Under the pieces are notes generated by a model that made no database searches, had not been told where the DNA came from, and saw only the letters and a program-made list of their open reading frames with translations. From Spirochaetota bacterium (lineage in GTDB: Bacteria > Spirochaetota > UBA12135 > COTS27 > CBDBHE01), in assembly GCA_965205605.1 (NCBI GenBank), contig CBDBHE010000006.1, forward strand, positions 96,001 to 160,000: a stretch of DNA of 64,000 bases, read 5' to 3'. A program made the translations under genes and the position numbers. Shown here in pieces: positions 40,030 through 49,732 of the stretch. Each line of letters opens with the position of its first letter. The first letter of the stretch is position 1.

Positions 40030-41174
40030 ATCCGGCTATTTTTTTTGAAGAAGCTTATAAAGAAGCAAAGAAAGCCAAACTCATTTGTCGCCCTAATCCA
40101 GCTGTTGGAGCTATTATTGTTAAAAAATCTATCATCATTGCTAGAGGATATACGCAAGTTTATGGTGGTTTTCATGCAGAAAAAATAGCTTTTAATCAGG
40201 TGGGAGATAAAAAAAAATTAAAAGGAGCTGAAATGTATGTCACGCTAATGCCTTGTTGTCATTATGGTAAGACGCCTCCTTGTAGTGAATTAATACGAGA
40301 TTACCAAATTGCCAAAGTATGTATTGCCACTCCTGATTTAAACCCGATGGTTATGGGTAAGACAGAGTCTTTTTTTAAAAAAAACAACATTGTATATACT
40401 TATAATTTTCCAAAAGAAATTGCCTTAAAACTTTTTGAACTTAATAAAGATTTTTTTTATAGACAAGTTTTTAAAAAACCTTTTGTTATTGCTAAGTATG
40501 CGATGACATTGGATGGGAAGATGGCTACTTATAAGGGAGATTCAAAATGGATTACAGAAAGAAAAGCAAGGGAAAAGGTGCATTTGAGTCGAGCGGTTAG
40601 TGATGGGATTGTCATTGGTGCTAAAACAGCCATCAAAGATGATCCGTTGTTAAGTAGTCGGCTTAGCTTAAACGTAAAGCAACCCCTTAGGATTGTTGTT
40701 TGTACTCAAAATAAGTTTTTAAAAAAATGTAAAAATTTATTTTCAAATCAAGCTAAAACTGTTTTTTTATCAAAGAAATCTTTTTGGTTTCTTAATTATC
40801 AGTTAAAAAAAAATAAACAAACCATTTTTTTTTATAAAAAAACTCCTTATTCTAAAGAAACTTTAATGGCTTTAGCTCAAAGATTTAAATTAAATTCTAT
40901 TTATATCGAAGGGGGAGCTAAAACGTTAGGTGCTTTTTTAGAAGAAGAGGTTTTAGATCAAATGGATGTGTATATTGGTTTAAAAATTTTAGGAGATGGT
41001 AAATATGCGCTTTCGCCTTTTATTAGGAAGATGAAAAAGCAGTGGATTAAAGAAGCTTTTAGTGTTATCAAGCGTAAAGTCGTTACGTTTGATGACACTG
41101 TTTTTATTTCTGTTTATACAAAAGAAAAAGCGATGGAGCGTTTAAAAAAAAAAGTCCTTAAAGTAAATAGATAA
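40026..41174 (+). CDS. ribD: Riboflavin biosynthesis deaminase/reductase
   Basis: PNPAVG, HAE, PCCHYGKTPPC, KYAMTLDGK, SKWIT and IEGG. Confidence 0.93.
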   Translation: MNPAIFFEEAYKEAKKAKLICRPNPAVGAIIVKKSIIIARGYTQVYGGFHAEKIAFNQVGDKKKLKGAEMYVTLMPCCHYGKTPPCSELIRDYQIAKVCIATPDLNPMVMGKTESFFKKNNIVYTYNFPKEIALKLFELNKDFFYRQVFKKPFVIAKYAMTLDGKMATYKGDSKWITERKAREKVHLSRAVSDGIVIGAKTAIKDDPLLSSRLSLNVKQPLRIVVCTQNKFLKKCKNLFSNQAKTVFLSKKSFWFLNYQLKKNKQTIFFYKKTPYSKETLMALAQRFKLNSIYIEGGAKTLGAFLEEEVLDQMDVYIGLKILGDGKYALSPFIRKMKKQWIKEAFSVIKRKVVTFDDTVFISVYTKEKAMERLKKKVLKVNR

Positions 41175-41184
41175 ATCAATTTTT

Positions 41185-44010
41185 TTATAAAGCTGTTTTA
41201 GCTTGTTTTTTTTCTATATTAGAAAAATTAATCGAAAAAGCTTTGCTGATACCTTCATTCATGGTGATACCATAGGCGTAGTCAATAATTGAAAAAGTTT
41301 TTTCGTTATGTGAAATAATAACGAATTGAGTTTTGTCTTTAAAATCTTTAAAAAGTTTTAATAATTTGCGTATATTTTCTTTATCTAAAGCAGCATCGAC
41401 TTCGTCTAATAAACAGATGGGAGATGTTTTGACAAGGAAGATGGCAAACATGAGGGAAATAGCAATAAGTGATTTTTCACCTCCTGAAAACAAGTGAATA
41501 CTTTGAAATTTTTTTCCAGGAGGTTGGATCATAATATCGATTCCTGAGTTTAAAGGGCTTTGAGGGTCTATGAGTTTTATAATGGCTTTTCCACCATTGA
41601 ATAAACGACAAAAAATTTGATCAAAATTATTTTTAATAAGATTAAAAATTTGAATAAATTTTTCAGAAGATTGTTTTTCAATTTGCTTTAAAATTTCTTG
41701 TAAATCTGACATCGCTTTTTCGATATCTTCTTTTTGTTTTTTGATTTCAGTCAAACGATTTAAGATATTTTCATATTCTTTTTTTGCAAGAGGGTTAATA
41801 GGGTGGAGAACTTTTATTTTTTCAGCAATTTCTTTTAGGGTTATTTTGATCATTTTTGGATCTAAGTTTAAAGTAATTTCTTTTTTTGAGTATTGGCTTA
41901 AGTCTTCTGAAAACTGTTCTTTAGCATTTTGACTTAAGTTTTCTTGATCTCGATTAATTAATTGAATTTGTATGGTGAAATCGTTTTTTTTTTTTTCAAT
42001 TTCTTTTATAGTCCTTAAGTCATTTTCTCTTTTAATTTCTAATTGGTTGAGAATGAGACTTTCCTTGCCCATTTGGTGCATTGATTTTGTTAGTTTTTCA
42101 GTATTGATCTCATTTTTTTTTGTTAATTGATTGAGCTGGACATCGGTTTCTTTTTGTTCTTTTTCTAAATCACTAAGAGTATTGCTGACTCTTTTTAGTT
42201 CTAAATGACTGGATCTTTTTCTAGTCTCGATTGTGTTAATATTGGAAAATTTTTCTTCTCGTTCTTTTTGAGCGATGGTAATAACTTGATAAATCATTGA
42301 AGCTTTATTTTTCAAATCGATAATTTTTCTTTCTAATTGTTCTTGTTCATTTTTATAATTATTTTTTTGTTGAGTTAAGGCTTCGATTTGTTGCTCAAGG
42401 TTCTTATGTTTTTTTTTATTTAAAAGAAGGTTTTGATCGATTTTTTCTTTTTTAGCATAAGCCCCTTCCGTTGAGAAAATAAAATGATAAAAAGGATCTT
42501 TTTCTTCTAAGAACGCTTTAAAAAATTGTTCTTTTTCCAATAAAATATTTTTGATTTCGCCTACTTGAAAAGTTAGTATTTCAAATTCTTTTAAGATTTC
42601 CCCTTGAGGTTTTTTTTTGATTTCATTGAGATAGATTGTGTATTTTTTTTTATCTTTTGGGATTGAAATGAGACGAGTTTTTTGAGTGAGGTCTTTAAAG
42701 TAAGATTCCATGTCTTCTTGATATTTTTGATTGGACTTTTCTCTTTCTTTAAGATGATTTTTAATTTTATCGATTTCTTCAACGACTTCTTCAATAATGA
42801 GAAGGTGTTGTTTTGTTAGGCTTTCTTGTTCTTTTTTAGTGGTTATGAGAGCTTCTTTTGTTTGCCCGATATCGATTGTTAGAGAATGATTGTTATGTTT
42901 CAATTCTTTAATTTTTTTTTCAATGGTTTCAATTTTTTTTAACAAGCTTTCTTTGTCGCTAGATTTTTCTTCAATTTTTTTATTTAGATTTTCGATAGTT
43001 TGTTGTTGTTGTTCTTTTTCTTTTTTAAACTGTTCGATGTCTTCTTTTCTAAATCGAATACGATCGATGATATCTTTATAGCGCTTATTTAAGATTTCTT
43101 TGTTTTGTTTGAGGCCTCTAATTTTTTCTTGAAAAGAGATTTTTTGATTTTCCATTTGCTTGTTATTTTCTTCATTTGACTTGATGATTTTTTCGATATC
43201 GTTAATTTTTTTTTCAATGGTTTTTAGAAAAGTTTGTTTTTTCTCTAAGTCATCAATTTGTTTTTTATTTTTTTCTTCTAAATGGTTCTTTTGCTTTTCT
43301 AACAAATTTTTTTTATAAAGGAGATATTTAACTTCTTCTTGTTTGAGTTTTTTATTAAGAGTGAAATAAGATTCACTGGCATCAGCTTGAGTTTTTAATT
43401 GTTTTTTTTGTTTTTCTAGCTCGTGGCTTAAGTCATTAATTCGAGAAAGATTTTCGGTTATTTTTTCGATTTTTTTTTCATATTCTTTTTTTTTTTCTCG
43501 GTAATTAGAAACAGAAGCTGCTTCTTCAAAAATAAAGCGCCTTTCTTCTGGATTTTGACTTAAGACTTTATCAATACGACCTTGAGCAATAATAGAATAA
43601 GTTGTTTTTCCTATTCCTGTTCCCATAAAAATTTTTTGAATATCTTTAAGTCTACAAGTGTTTTTATTAATGAGGTATTCAGATTCTCCGGATCGATAAA
43701 GGCGACGCGTAATGGCAATTTCTGTATATTCTAAAGGCAAAATCAATTTTTCGTTATTAATTACAAGTTCGACTTCTGCCATATTACTTGATTTTTTATT
43801 CTCGGATCCATGAAAAATCATTTCTTCGACTCGTTCACTTCGAAGCTCTGACATTTTTTGTTCTCCAATAGCCCATTTAATGGCATCAATAATATTACTT
43901 TTTCCACATCCATTAGGGCCTATAAATCCACCGATTCCTCCTTCAAAATGAATGGTGGTTTTTTCAGCAAAAGCTTTAAAGCCGTTTAAAGTGATTGATT
44001 TTAAAAACAA
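41185..44010 (-). CDS. smc: Chromosome segregation protein SMC, short spirochaete P115-like form
   Basis: Walker A GPNGCGKSN, long coiled coils, FSGGEKS and LLDEVDAALD. Confidence 0.92.
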   Translation of the reverse strand: MFLKSITLNGFKAFAEKTTIHFEGGIGGFIGPNGCGKSNIIDAIKWAIGEQKMSELRSERVEEMIFHGSENKKSSNMAEVELVINNEKLILPLEYTEIAITRRLYRSGESEYLINKNTCRLKDIQKIFMGTGIGKTTYSIIAQGRIDKVLSQNPEERRFIFEEAASVSNYREKKKEYEKKIEKITENLSRINDLSHELEKQKKQLKTQADASESYFTLNKKLKQEEVKYLLYKKNLLEKQKNHLEEKNKKQIDDLEKKQTFLKTIEKKINDIEKIIKSNEENNKQMENQKISFQEKIRGLKQNKEILNKRYKDIIDRIRFRKEDIEQFKKEKEQQQQTIENLNKKIEEKSSDKESLLKKIETIEKKIKELKHNNHSLTIDIGQTKEALITTKKEQESLTKQHLLIIEEVVEEIDKIKNHLKEREKSNQKYQEDMESYFKDLTQKTRLISIPKDKKKYTIYLNEIKKKPQGEILKEFEILTFQVGEIKNILLEKEQFFKAFLEEKDPFYHFIFSTEGAYAKKEKIDQNLLLNKKKHKNLEQQIEALTQQKNNYKNEQEQLERKIIDLKNKASMIYQVITIAQKEREEKFSNINTIETRKRSSHLELKRVSNTLSDLEKEQKETDVQLNQLTKKNEINTEKLTKSMHQMGKESLILNQLEIKRENDLRTIKEIEKKKNDFTIQIQLINRDQENLSQNAKEQFSEDLSQYSKKEITLNLDPKMIKITLKEIAEKIKVLHPINPLAKKEYENILNRLTEIKKQKEDIEKAMSDLQEILKQIEKQSSEKFIQIFNLIKNNFDQIFCRLFNGGKAIIKLIDPQSPLNSGIDIMIQPPGKKFQSIHLFSGGEKSLIAISLMFAIFLVKTSPICLLDEVDAALDKENIRKLLKLFKDFKDKTQFVIISHNEKTFSIIDYAYGITMNEGISKAFSINFSNIEKKQAKTAL

Positions 44011-44089
44011 AATAGTCTATTTTTTTGTAAATTATTTAAGTTGTAATTTTAGTATGGATACGTAATCTTATGTTTGAGATAAAAATGAA

Positions 44090-45295
44090 TTATAAAAGAT
44101 TTTTATTTTTTTTTATAATAATGAGGATCGTTACTATAAAAAGAGCGATTATCACCAAAATAGTGTGGTAAATCCATCTTTGATTGTAATGAATAGGCTT
44201 TTTATATTTTTTTTTAAAAGAAATGCTAAATACATCGTTATCTAAAAATTTATTTTTAGAGCCAATTAGTAAAATTTTTAGTGGATCGATTGGGTGAAAT
44301 ACAAAAGACTGGATAGAATGAAAGTCTTTAAAAGTAAGAATAGTTGGTTGGTTTTTTTTTTGATGGTTAAAAATAGCGCTTGGATAAGCAATTAATTGGT
44401 TATGATTTTTATTCATGGTGTGAATAAAAAAAGAGCCATCTGCATTTCCTTTAATAGAAAAAAAGTCTAAAGAAGGTTTTTCTTTGATAGATAAGAATGT
44501 AGAAAAAGAACTCCCGTCATTTAATAAAGCATATAGCTTATAAGCGTAGGAAGTTTTTTCTGATCTTTTTTGAGGAAGAAGTCCTATAAAAAAAAGAGAT
44601 TTTTTTTGTTTCCAATAATAAGGGTTATAATAATGGGCAAACGAATTATCTTTAGGTATAGGGCGTATTGAGTTTTTAAGATCCCAATGAAAAAGGTTGT
44701 AAAAATCATTGGTACGCATGACAAAGTAAAGACCATTATCACTGAACTCTGGGTAGTAAGTATTGAAGTGAGTGTTGGGTAACCAAAAAATTTGATTGTT
44801 TTTTTTAAATTGAATCGATGTTACCTTTTTTTCTTTAATTAATTTTTGGCTTTCTTTTGCACTCAAGTTTCCATAACTTATTGGCAATTGAACGTAGGGG
44901 CTATTATTTAAAAATGAATGGGAAGTGGCATTGAGTTCAAAAGAAATTTTTTCTTTTTTATTTTTGGGAAAAAGAAAAAGTCCTTCGAATTGTTTGGTTT
45001 GTTGATTAAAGTAGAAAGCGACGGCTTGGTGGTTTTTTGTAAAACCAATATCAATAAAATTTTTTGAGTTATTAATTGGTTTTATAGAATCAATCACGTA
45101 AGTTTCATACGAATGACTTGTTAGATATTTAATAATACTTGCTATTGGAGGGTAGAGGCTTAAGAGAATGCCTAAGACGAGGAAAGAAATAAAAATGTTA
45201 TTAGACTTTGTTTTTTGATTTTTTTTAAAAGAGACGGCAACCCAAGTACAAAAAACAAGGAGGGAAATCATTAAAAAAATAAGTTCAAGGTTCAT
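44090..45295 (-). CDS. Hypothetical membrane protein (two N-terminal TM helices, beta-rich soluble domain, C-terminal TM helix)
   Basis: 401-aa ORF with that hydrophobicity pattern; weak propeller-like repeats (YYPEFSDNG, YYNPYY, FVFHP). Confidence 0.6.
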   Translation of the reverse strand: MNLELIFLMISLLVFCTWVAVSFKKNQKTKSNNIFISFLVLGILLSLYPPIASIIKYLTSHSYETYVIDSIKPINNSKNFIDIGFTKNHQAVAFYFNQQTKQFEGLFLFPKNKKEKISFELNATSHSFLNNSPYVQLPISYGNLSAKESQKLIKEKKVTSIQFKKNNQIFWLPNTHFNTYYPEFSDNGLYFVMRTNDFYNLFHWDLKNSIRPIPKDNSFAHYYNPYYWKQKKSLFFIGLLPQKRSEKTSYAYKLYALLNDGSSFSTFLSIKEKPSLDFFSIKGNADGSFFIHTMNKNHNQLIAYPSAIFNHQKKNQPTILTFKDFHSIQSFVFHPIDPLKILLIGSKNKFLDNDVFSISFKKKYKKPIHYNQRWIYHTILVIIALFIVTILIIIKKNKNLL

Positions 45296-45305
45296 GTTAA
45301 AAAAA

Positions 45306-46250
45306 CTAATTAAGTAGGTAATGATCCATCTTATTTTGGATTAAAATTTGAGCTTCTTCTTTAGAGATTTCGTAAAAGAGAGGGTTGTTTAAAGCATTGG
45401 CATAAAAAGTTTCTTGATATTTGTAAATGAGGAGATCTGTTTTTTTGAGAGATTTTTTTTTATTTTTTGAAGTGATTTTTAAAAGTACTGGGTTTTTTTT
45501 TTTGATTTTTTCAATTAGTTGTTGATTGTCGATGACGTAAAGAGGGTCCATAAAGCCGATGGTTTGAGCTAAAGCGTCAGCGTGTTTGTAGTTTACAATT
45601 TTAAGCTTAGGGTTTTTTTGCTTGTTTTTAATTTGAGCTTGCCATTTTTTATTAGCTTGAATCAAGGTGAGTTTGTTGATAATGATTGTTTTTATGTTTT
45701 CTGGTTCGATTTGAAGGAAATCTTTTTCTCTTAACGCTTTAAGAGGTTTTTGAAGTGCCAAAATCACCCAATCTTCTACTGCATACACGTGAGAGGAATG
45801 GCTATAAGTAATGTAAAATCCTTTTGGTACTTTAATAGGGTTCCCTTGATAGAAAGTATGAGCGATATTTTTGCCTTTATTGTTTTTAAGTTCGATTGTG
45901 TAGTAAGGGCTGTTTTTATTAATTCCCCATTTTGAAGCATTGGTCTTGGTGTCTACAATCGTTTGGTACATCATGGTGTTGAAATTTTTAACATTAGCGA
46001 TAGCTTGGCCTTGATCGGCTTTGTATTTTTTAGGGTAAATAATTTCCCAAATATTGTGTTCATTTTTTTTAAGGCTAATTTTGTTTTTTTGATAAAAAAC
46101 AGTCCATTTAAAAGCGTTGTTTTCTTGAAAAGAAAAGATTTTATTTTTATTTTCTTTAGAACTCGCAGATTTTTTTTTATTGGTATAACCATAAAAAACA
46201 GCAACAAGTAAACATAAGAAACCAATTAATAAAAGAAAATTTTTTTTCAT
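45306..46250 (-). CDS. DUF4340-like exported protein
   Basis: N-terminal anchor; W.I..P..YKAD, WGI..P, G.P....G.Y......VYAV and L..LR.K motifs. Confidence 0.7.
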   Translation of the reverse strand: MKKNFLLLIGFLCLLVAVFYGYTNKKKSASSKENKNKIFSFQENNAFKWTVFYQKNKISLKKNEHNIWEIIYPKKYKADQGQAIANVKNFNTMMYQTIVDTKTNASKWGINKNSPYYTIELKNNKGKNIAHTFYQGNPIKVPKGFYITYSHSSHVYAVEDWVILALQKPLKALREKDFLQIEPENIKTIIINKLTLIQANKKWQAQIKNKQKNPKLKIVNYKHADALAQTIGFMDPLYVIDNQQLIEKIKKKNPVLLKITSKNKKKSLKKTDLLIYKYQETFYANALNNPLFYEISKEEAQILIQNKMDHYLLN

Positions 46251-46321
46251 AAATCATTTAAAAAGTAAAAATAATTTTTATACTTTAACAATATAAAAAT
46301 TGTTTGTCAATGGAAGGGAAG

Positions 46322-47641
46322 TTATTTATGTACGTAGCGATTAAGCTGGACATTAAAAACAATCCCTATTGCAATTAGAGATGTCCATAAAGTAGATCCC
46401 CCATATGTTAAAAAAGGTAATGGCAAGCCTGTAACAGGAGCTACCCCAAGAGTCATTCCAATATTAATAAAAGCTTGAATCGCAAACATTGAAGCAATTC
46501 CAAAAACAATTAAACTGCCTAAGTAATCTTTGCTTCTTTTAGCAATGCTAAAAAGTCGACTAATAAAAAAATAAAAAATAACAATAAAAACAACTGAGCC
46601 AATAAAACCAATTTCTTCGCCGATAACTGAAAAAATAAAGTCAGTATTTCTTGAAGGAAGATAGCCTAATTGACCTTGAGTGCCTTGAAAAAGACCTTTA
46701 CCAAAAAGCCCCCCAGAGCCAATCGTAATTTGAGATTGTATAATATTGTAACCTAAATCCCATCTTGAAACTTGAGGATTAAAAAAAACAATGAGTCTTT
46801 CTTTTTGATATTGTTTTAAAAGGACGTTTTCAACTAATAAAGCACATATAAGACCAATCAAAATAAATGATGAAGCAAGAGCAATATTTTGAATCGATAA
46901 ATTACGCATCCAAATACTGAGCCCAAAAAGTAAAATTGTTGTAATTAAAAAAAAAATAATTAAAATAATTTGATAACGATTGTTTAAAAGATTGGAAACA
47001 ATGGTGTTTTGTTCTTGAGTCATTTGGATGTAAGTTAATCCTAAAGGAATTAGTATCGAAAGAGTGGTGATGACAGTAAGACCTGAGAAATACTTCATAT
47101 TGACTCCCCCCATAAAAAGCATCATTGCAAAAATAATTAAATAAACCATCATTGTCCCTAAGTCAGGCTGTAGAAAAATAATTAAAAGAGGAGGAAGATA
47201 AATCCCTATAATAATAAAAATATGTTTGGCTTCTTTGATGGTTTCACGATATTTATTTAAATAATTAGAAACAATAATAATCATTGCAATTTTAATAAAT
47301 TCAGAAGGTTGAATACTAAAAAAATCAAAAGAAATCCATCTTTTTGAATGGTTAACAATTTTTCCAAAAAAAAGAGTATAAAGTAAAATTAAAATACAAA
47401 CAATATAAATAAAGATTCCATGAGAGGCTATTTTTTTATAATTAAAAAGACTTACTATCCACATCAAAAGAACTCCAGAAATAAAATAAAGGGTTTGTTT
47501 TAAGTAAGTGATTTGGTATTTTTTTTCATTAAGTTCTTCAATTAAAATAACAGAAGAGTAAGAAAAAACAATACCGGCTAGAGATAAAATTAAAACATAA
47601 ATTAAAAGAGGAATATCAAAAAAAAAATATTTAGTTTTCAT
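46322..47641 (-). CDS. rodA: Rod shape-determining SEDS glycosyltransferase
   Basis: IQPSEFIK, QPDLGT, GYNIIQSQITIGSGG, TDFIF..IGEE and TGLPLPFLTYGGS; next to PBP2. Confidence 0.94.
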   Translation of the reverse strand: MKTKYFFFDIPLLIYVLILSLAGIVFSYSSVILIEELNEKKYQITYLKQTLYFISGVLLMWIVSLFNYKKIASHGIFIYIVCILILLYTLFFGKIVNHSKRWISFDFFSIQPSEFIKIAMIIIVSNYLNKYRETIKEAKHIFIIIGIYLPPLLIIFLQPDLGTMMVYLIIFAMMLFMGGVNMKYFSGLTVITTLSILIPLGLTYIQMTQEQNTIVSNLLNNRYQIILIIFFLITTILLFGLSIWMRNLSIQNIALASSFILIGLICALLVENVLLKQYQKERLIVFFNPQVSRWDLGYNIIQSQITIGSGGLFGKGLFQGTQGQLGYLPSRNTDFIFSVIGEEIGFIGSVVFIVIFYFFISRLFSIAKRSKDYLGSLIVFGIASMFAIQAFINIGMTLGVAPVTGLPLPFLTYGGSTLWTSLIAIGIVFNVQLNRYVHK

Positions 47642-47654
47642 TGTTTATGTTAAT

Positions 47655-49715
47655 TTAAAGATCCTCTTTTTTTAAAAGAAGTTCTTTTTCTTCTTGTTTT
47701 TTAATCTCAATATCAAGAAAAGGTTCTTGATTGTTTTCTTCTTTTTGATTATTTTCTTCTTTAGGCTTAAAAAAATCATCAGAAAGTCTTTTAAGCCCTT
47801 TTGTTTTTAGCCACTGGTCATAAATAGCTTTTTTAGTTGTCCATGGTTGCATGATTCTTCTATAAGTTGTTAAAGGGTTAGCATAAAAAAAGATGCCTTC
47901 TAAAATTGCTGTTGCAAAAGGAGCTGCAGCTTCAGCTCCGTGACCCCCATTTTCAATTAAAACTGTGACCGCTAAAATATCTTCTTTTTTTTCACTCTCA
48001 TAAGGAGCATAGCAAGTAAACCAAGAATGAGATTTGTCTTTAGCATTTTGAGCAGTGCCAGTTTTTCCTGCAATCCTTAGTCTAGAAGCAGCTCCTTTTC
48101 TAGCGGTTCCTTTTAAAACAACTTTTCTAAGAGATTGTTGAATTTTTTCAATTTTTTTTTGTGAAAGAGGCAACTTAATAATAGGTTGTTTTTGATAAAT
48201 ATAAATATCTTTTTTTGTTTCAGCAGATTGATATTTAGATAATAAATGAGGTTTATAAGCAATCCCATTATTTGCAATAGCAGAAATAAGAGTGTTCATT
48301 TGTAAAGGAGTACTGGATAAGAAGCCTTGTCCAATAGAAAGATTTGCGGTATCACCATCCCACCAAAGAACTCCTTTTTTTTCGATTTTCCATCTTTGTG
48401 TAGGAACGTGTCCTTTTTTTTCGTATGGTAGATCAATACCAGTTTGTCTTCCAAGATTGAAATATTCTTTGGAAAAGTTCATCATTTTTTCAGGGCCGAT
48501 TTTAACTCCTGTTTTGTAGTAATACACATTACAAGAGTTTGCAAGAGCATTGGGCATATTTTGTCTTGAATGCCAACCTTCACATTTAAAATATTGAGTC
48601 CCTATAAAAATTCCTCCTTGACAAGTTTCATAATTATTTTCAAAATTAACTTTATTAAGAGATAATGCCGCTATAGAAACAATGATTTTAAAAAGTGAGC
48701 TAGGTGGGTATTCTGCTTGAATGATTCGATTAAGAAAAGGTTTATTGGGATTTTTAATATATTCGTTAAAAGTTTTTTGATTGACTTCTCCAATGAAAAC
48801 ATTAGGGTCATAACTGGGGTAACTATACATAGCAAGAATTTCTCCCGTTGTTACTCGTGTGACAATCGCAGCACCTGTATAGCCTTTTAAAGTATTATAG
48901 ACAATATTTTGAATACGAGAATCAATGGTTAAATAAAGATTGTTTCCTGGAATGGTTTTACTATCAGGAGGACTAATTTCTTTTTTAATACGATTTTTAA
49001 CATCAACAATTTGTATTTTATAACCATCTTTTCCTCTAAGCTCGAAGTCATAAAATCCTTCTAAACCAGAATTCCCAATCATTGAATCTGCGTGATAGCC
49101 TAAATAATACTTTTCTCTTAATTGTCTAGAATTGATTTTTCGAATATAACCGATAATATGTGCATATTTGTTACCTTCAAAATAGTGTCTTTTCGATCCC
49201 CCAATGTACAAACAACCGGGATATTGATCAAGATTTTCTGCCAAATAAGTTATTCTTTCAAAGGGAACATCTTTTTTAATTAAGTAAGATTTGTAAGGAT
49301 TAAATTTTCTTTTCGAAAAAATTTTATAAATGTTATTTGTATTAATATCAAATTTTTTAGAAAGTTTTTCAACAAATTCTCTTCGTTTGTTAGAATTGCG
49401 ATAAGCTTTTTTAAGCTGGTAAGGAATCATATAAATCCCAAAAGAAGGTTGATTTTCAGTAATTTTTTTCTTCCCATTATCAACATAAATTTCCCCTCGA
49501 TAAGCTGGAATGTTGAGTAGATGTTGTTTATTATTTAAAGCCATTGATTTATATTTTTTGGTATTGACGATTTGTAGTTGAAATAGCTTTAAAACTAAAA
49601 GAGAAAAGAGAAGTAGGCTAATAATTTGAAATAAAGCTATTTTAATTAAGAATATTTTATTTTGATAAGGTTTGAAAATTTTTGTTGAAGAGTTTTCTTG
49701 ATTAAAATGGATCAT
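47655..49715 (-). CDS. mrdA: Penicillin-binding protein 2
   Basis: PSSLFK (SxxK), SCN (SxN) and KTGTAQ motifs; directly upstream of rodA. Confidence 0.93.
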   Translation of the reverse strand: MIHFNQENSSTKIFKPYQNKIFLIKIALFQIISLLLFSLLVLKLFQLQIVNTKKYKSMALNNKQHLLNIPAYRGEIYVDNGKKKITENQPSFGIYMIPYQLKKAYRNSNKRREFVEKLSKKFDINTNNIYKIFSKRKFNPYKSYLIKKDVPFERITYLAENLDQYPGCLYIGGSKRHYFEGNKYAHIIGYIRKINSRQLREKYYLGYHADSMIGNSGLEGFYDFELRGKDGYKIQIVDVKNRIKKEISPPDSKTIPGNNLYLTIDSRIQNIVYNTLKGYTGAAIVTRVTTGEILAMYSYPSYDPNVFIGEVNQKTFNEYIKNPNKPFLNRIIQAEYPPSSLFKIIVSIAALSLNKVNFENNYETCQGGIFIGTQYFKCEGWHSRQNMPNALANSCNVYYYKTGVKIGPEKMMNFSKEYFNLGRQTGIDLPYEKKGHVPTQRWKIEKKGVLWWDGDTANLSIGQGFLSSTPLQMNTLISAIANNGIAYKPHLLSKYQSAETKKDIYIYQKQPIIKLPLSQKKIEKIQQSLRKVVLKGTARKGAASRLRIAGKTGTAQNAKDKSHSWFTCYAPYESEKKEDILAVTVLIENGGHGAEAAAPFATAILEGIFFYANPLTTYRRIMQPWTTKKAIYDQWLKTKGLKRLSDDFFKPKEENNQKEENNQEPFLDIEIKKQEEKELLLKKEDL
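47727..47762 (-). repeat. 18-bp in-frame tandem duplication in the PBP2 tail (KEENNQ x2)
   Basis: TTGATTGTTTTCTTCTTT followed by TTGATTATTTTCTTCTTT. Confidence 0.85.
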
Positions 49716-49732
49716 TTTTGATTAATGTTTAA

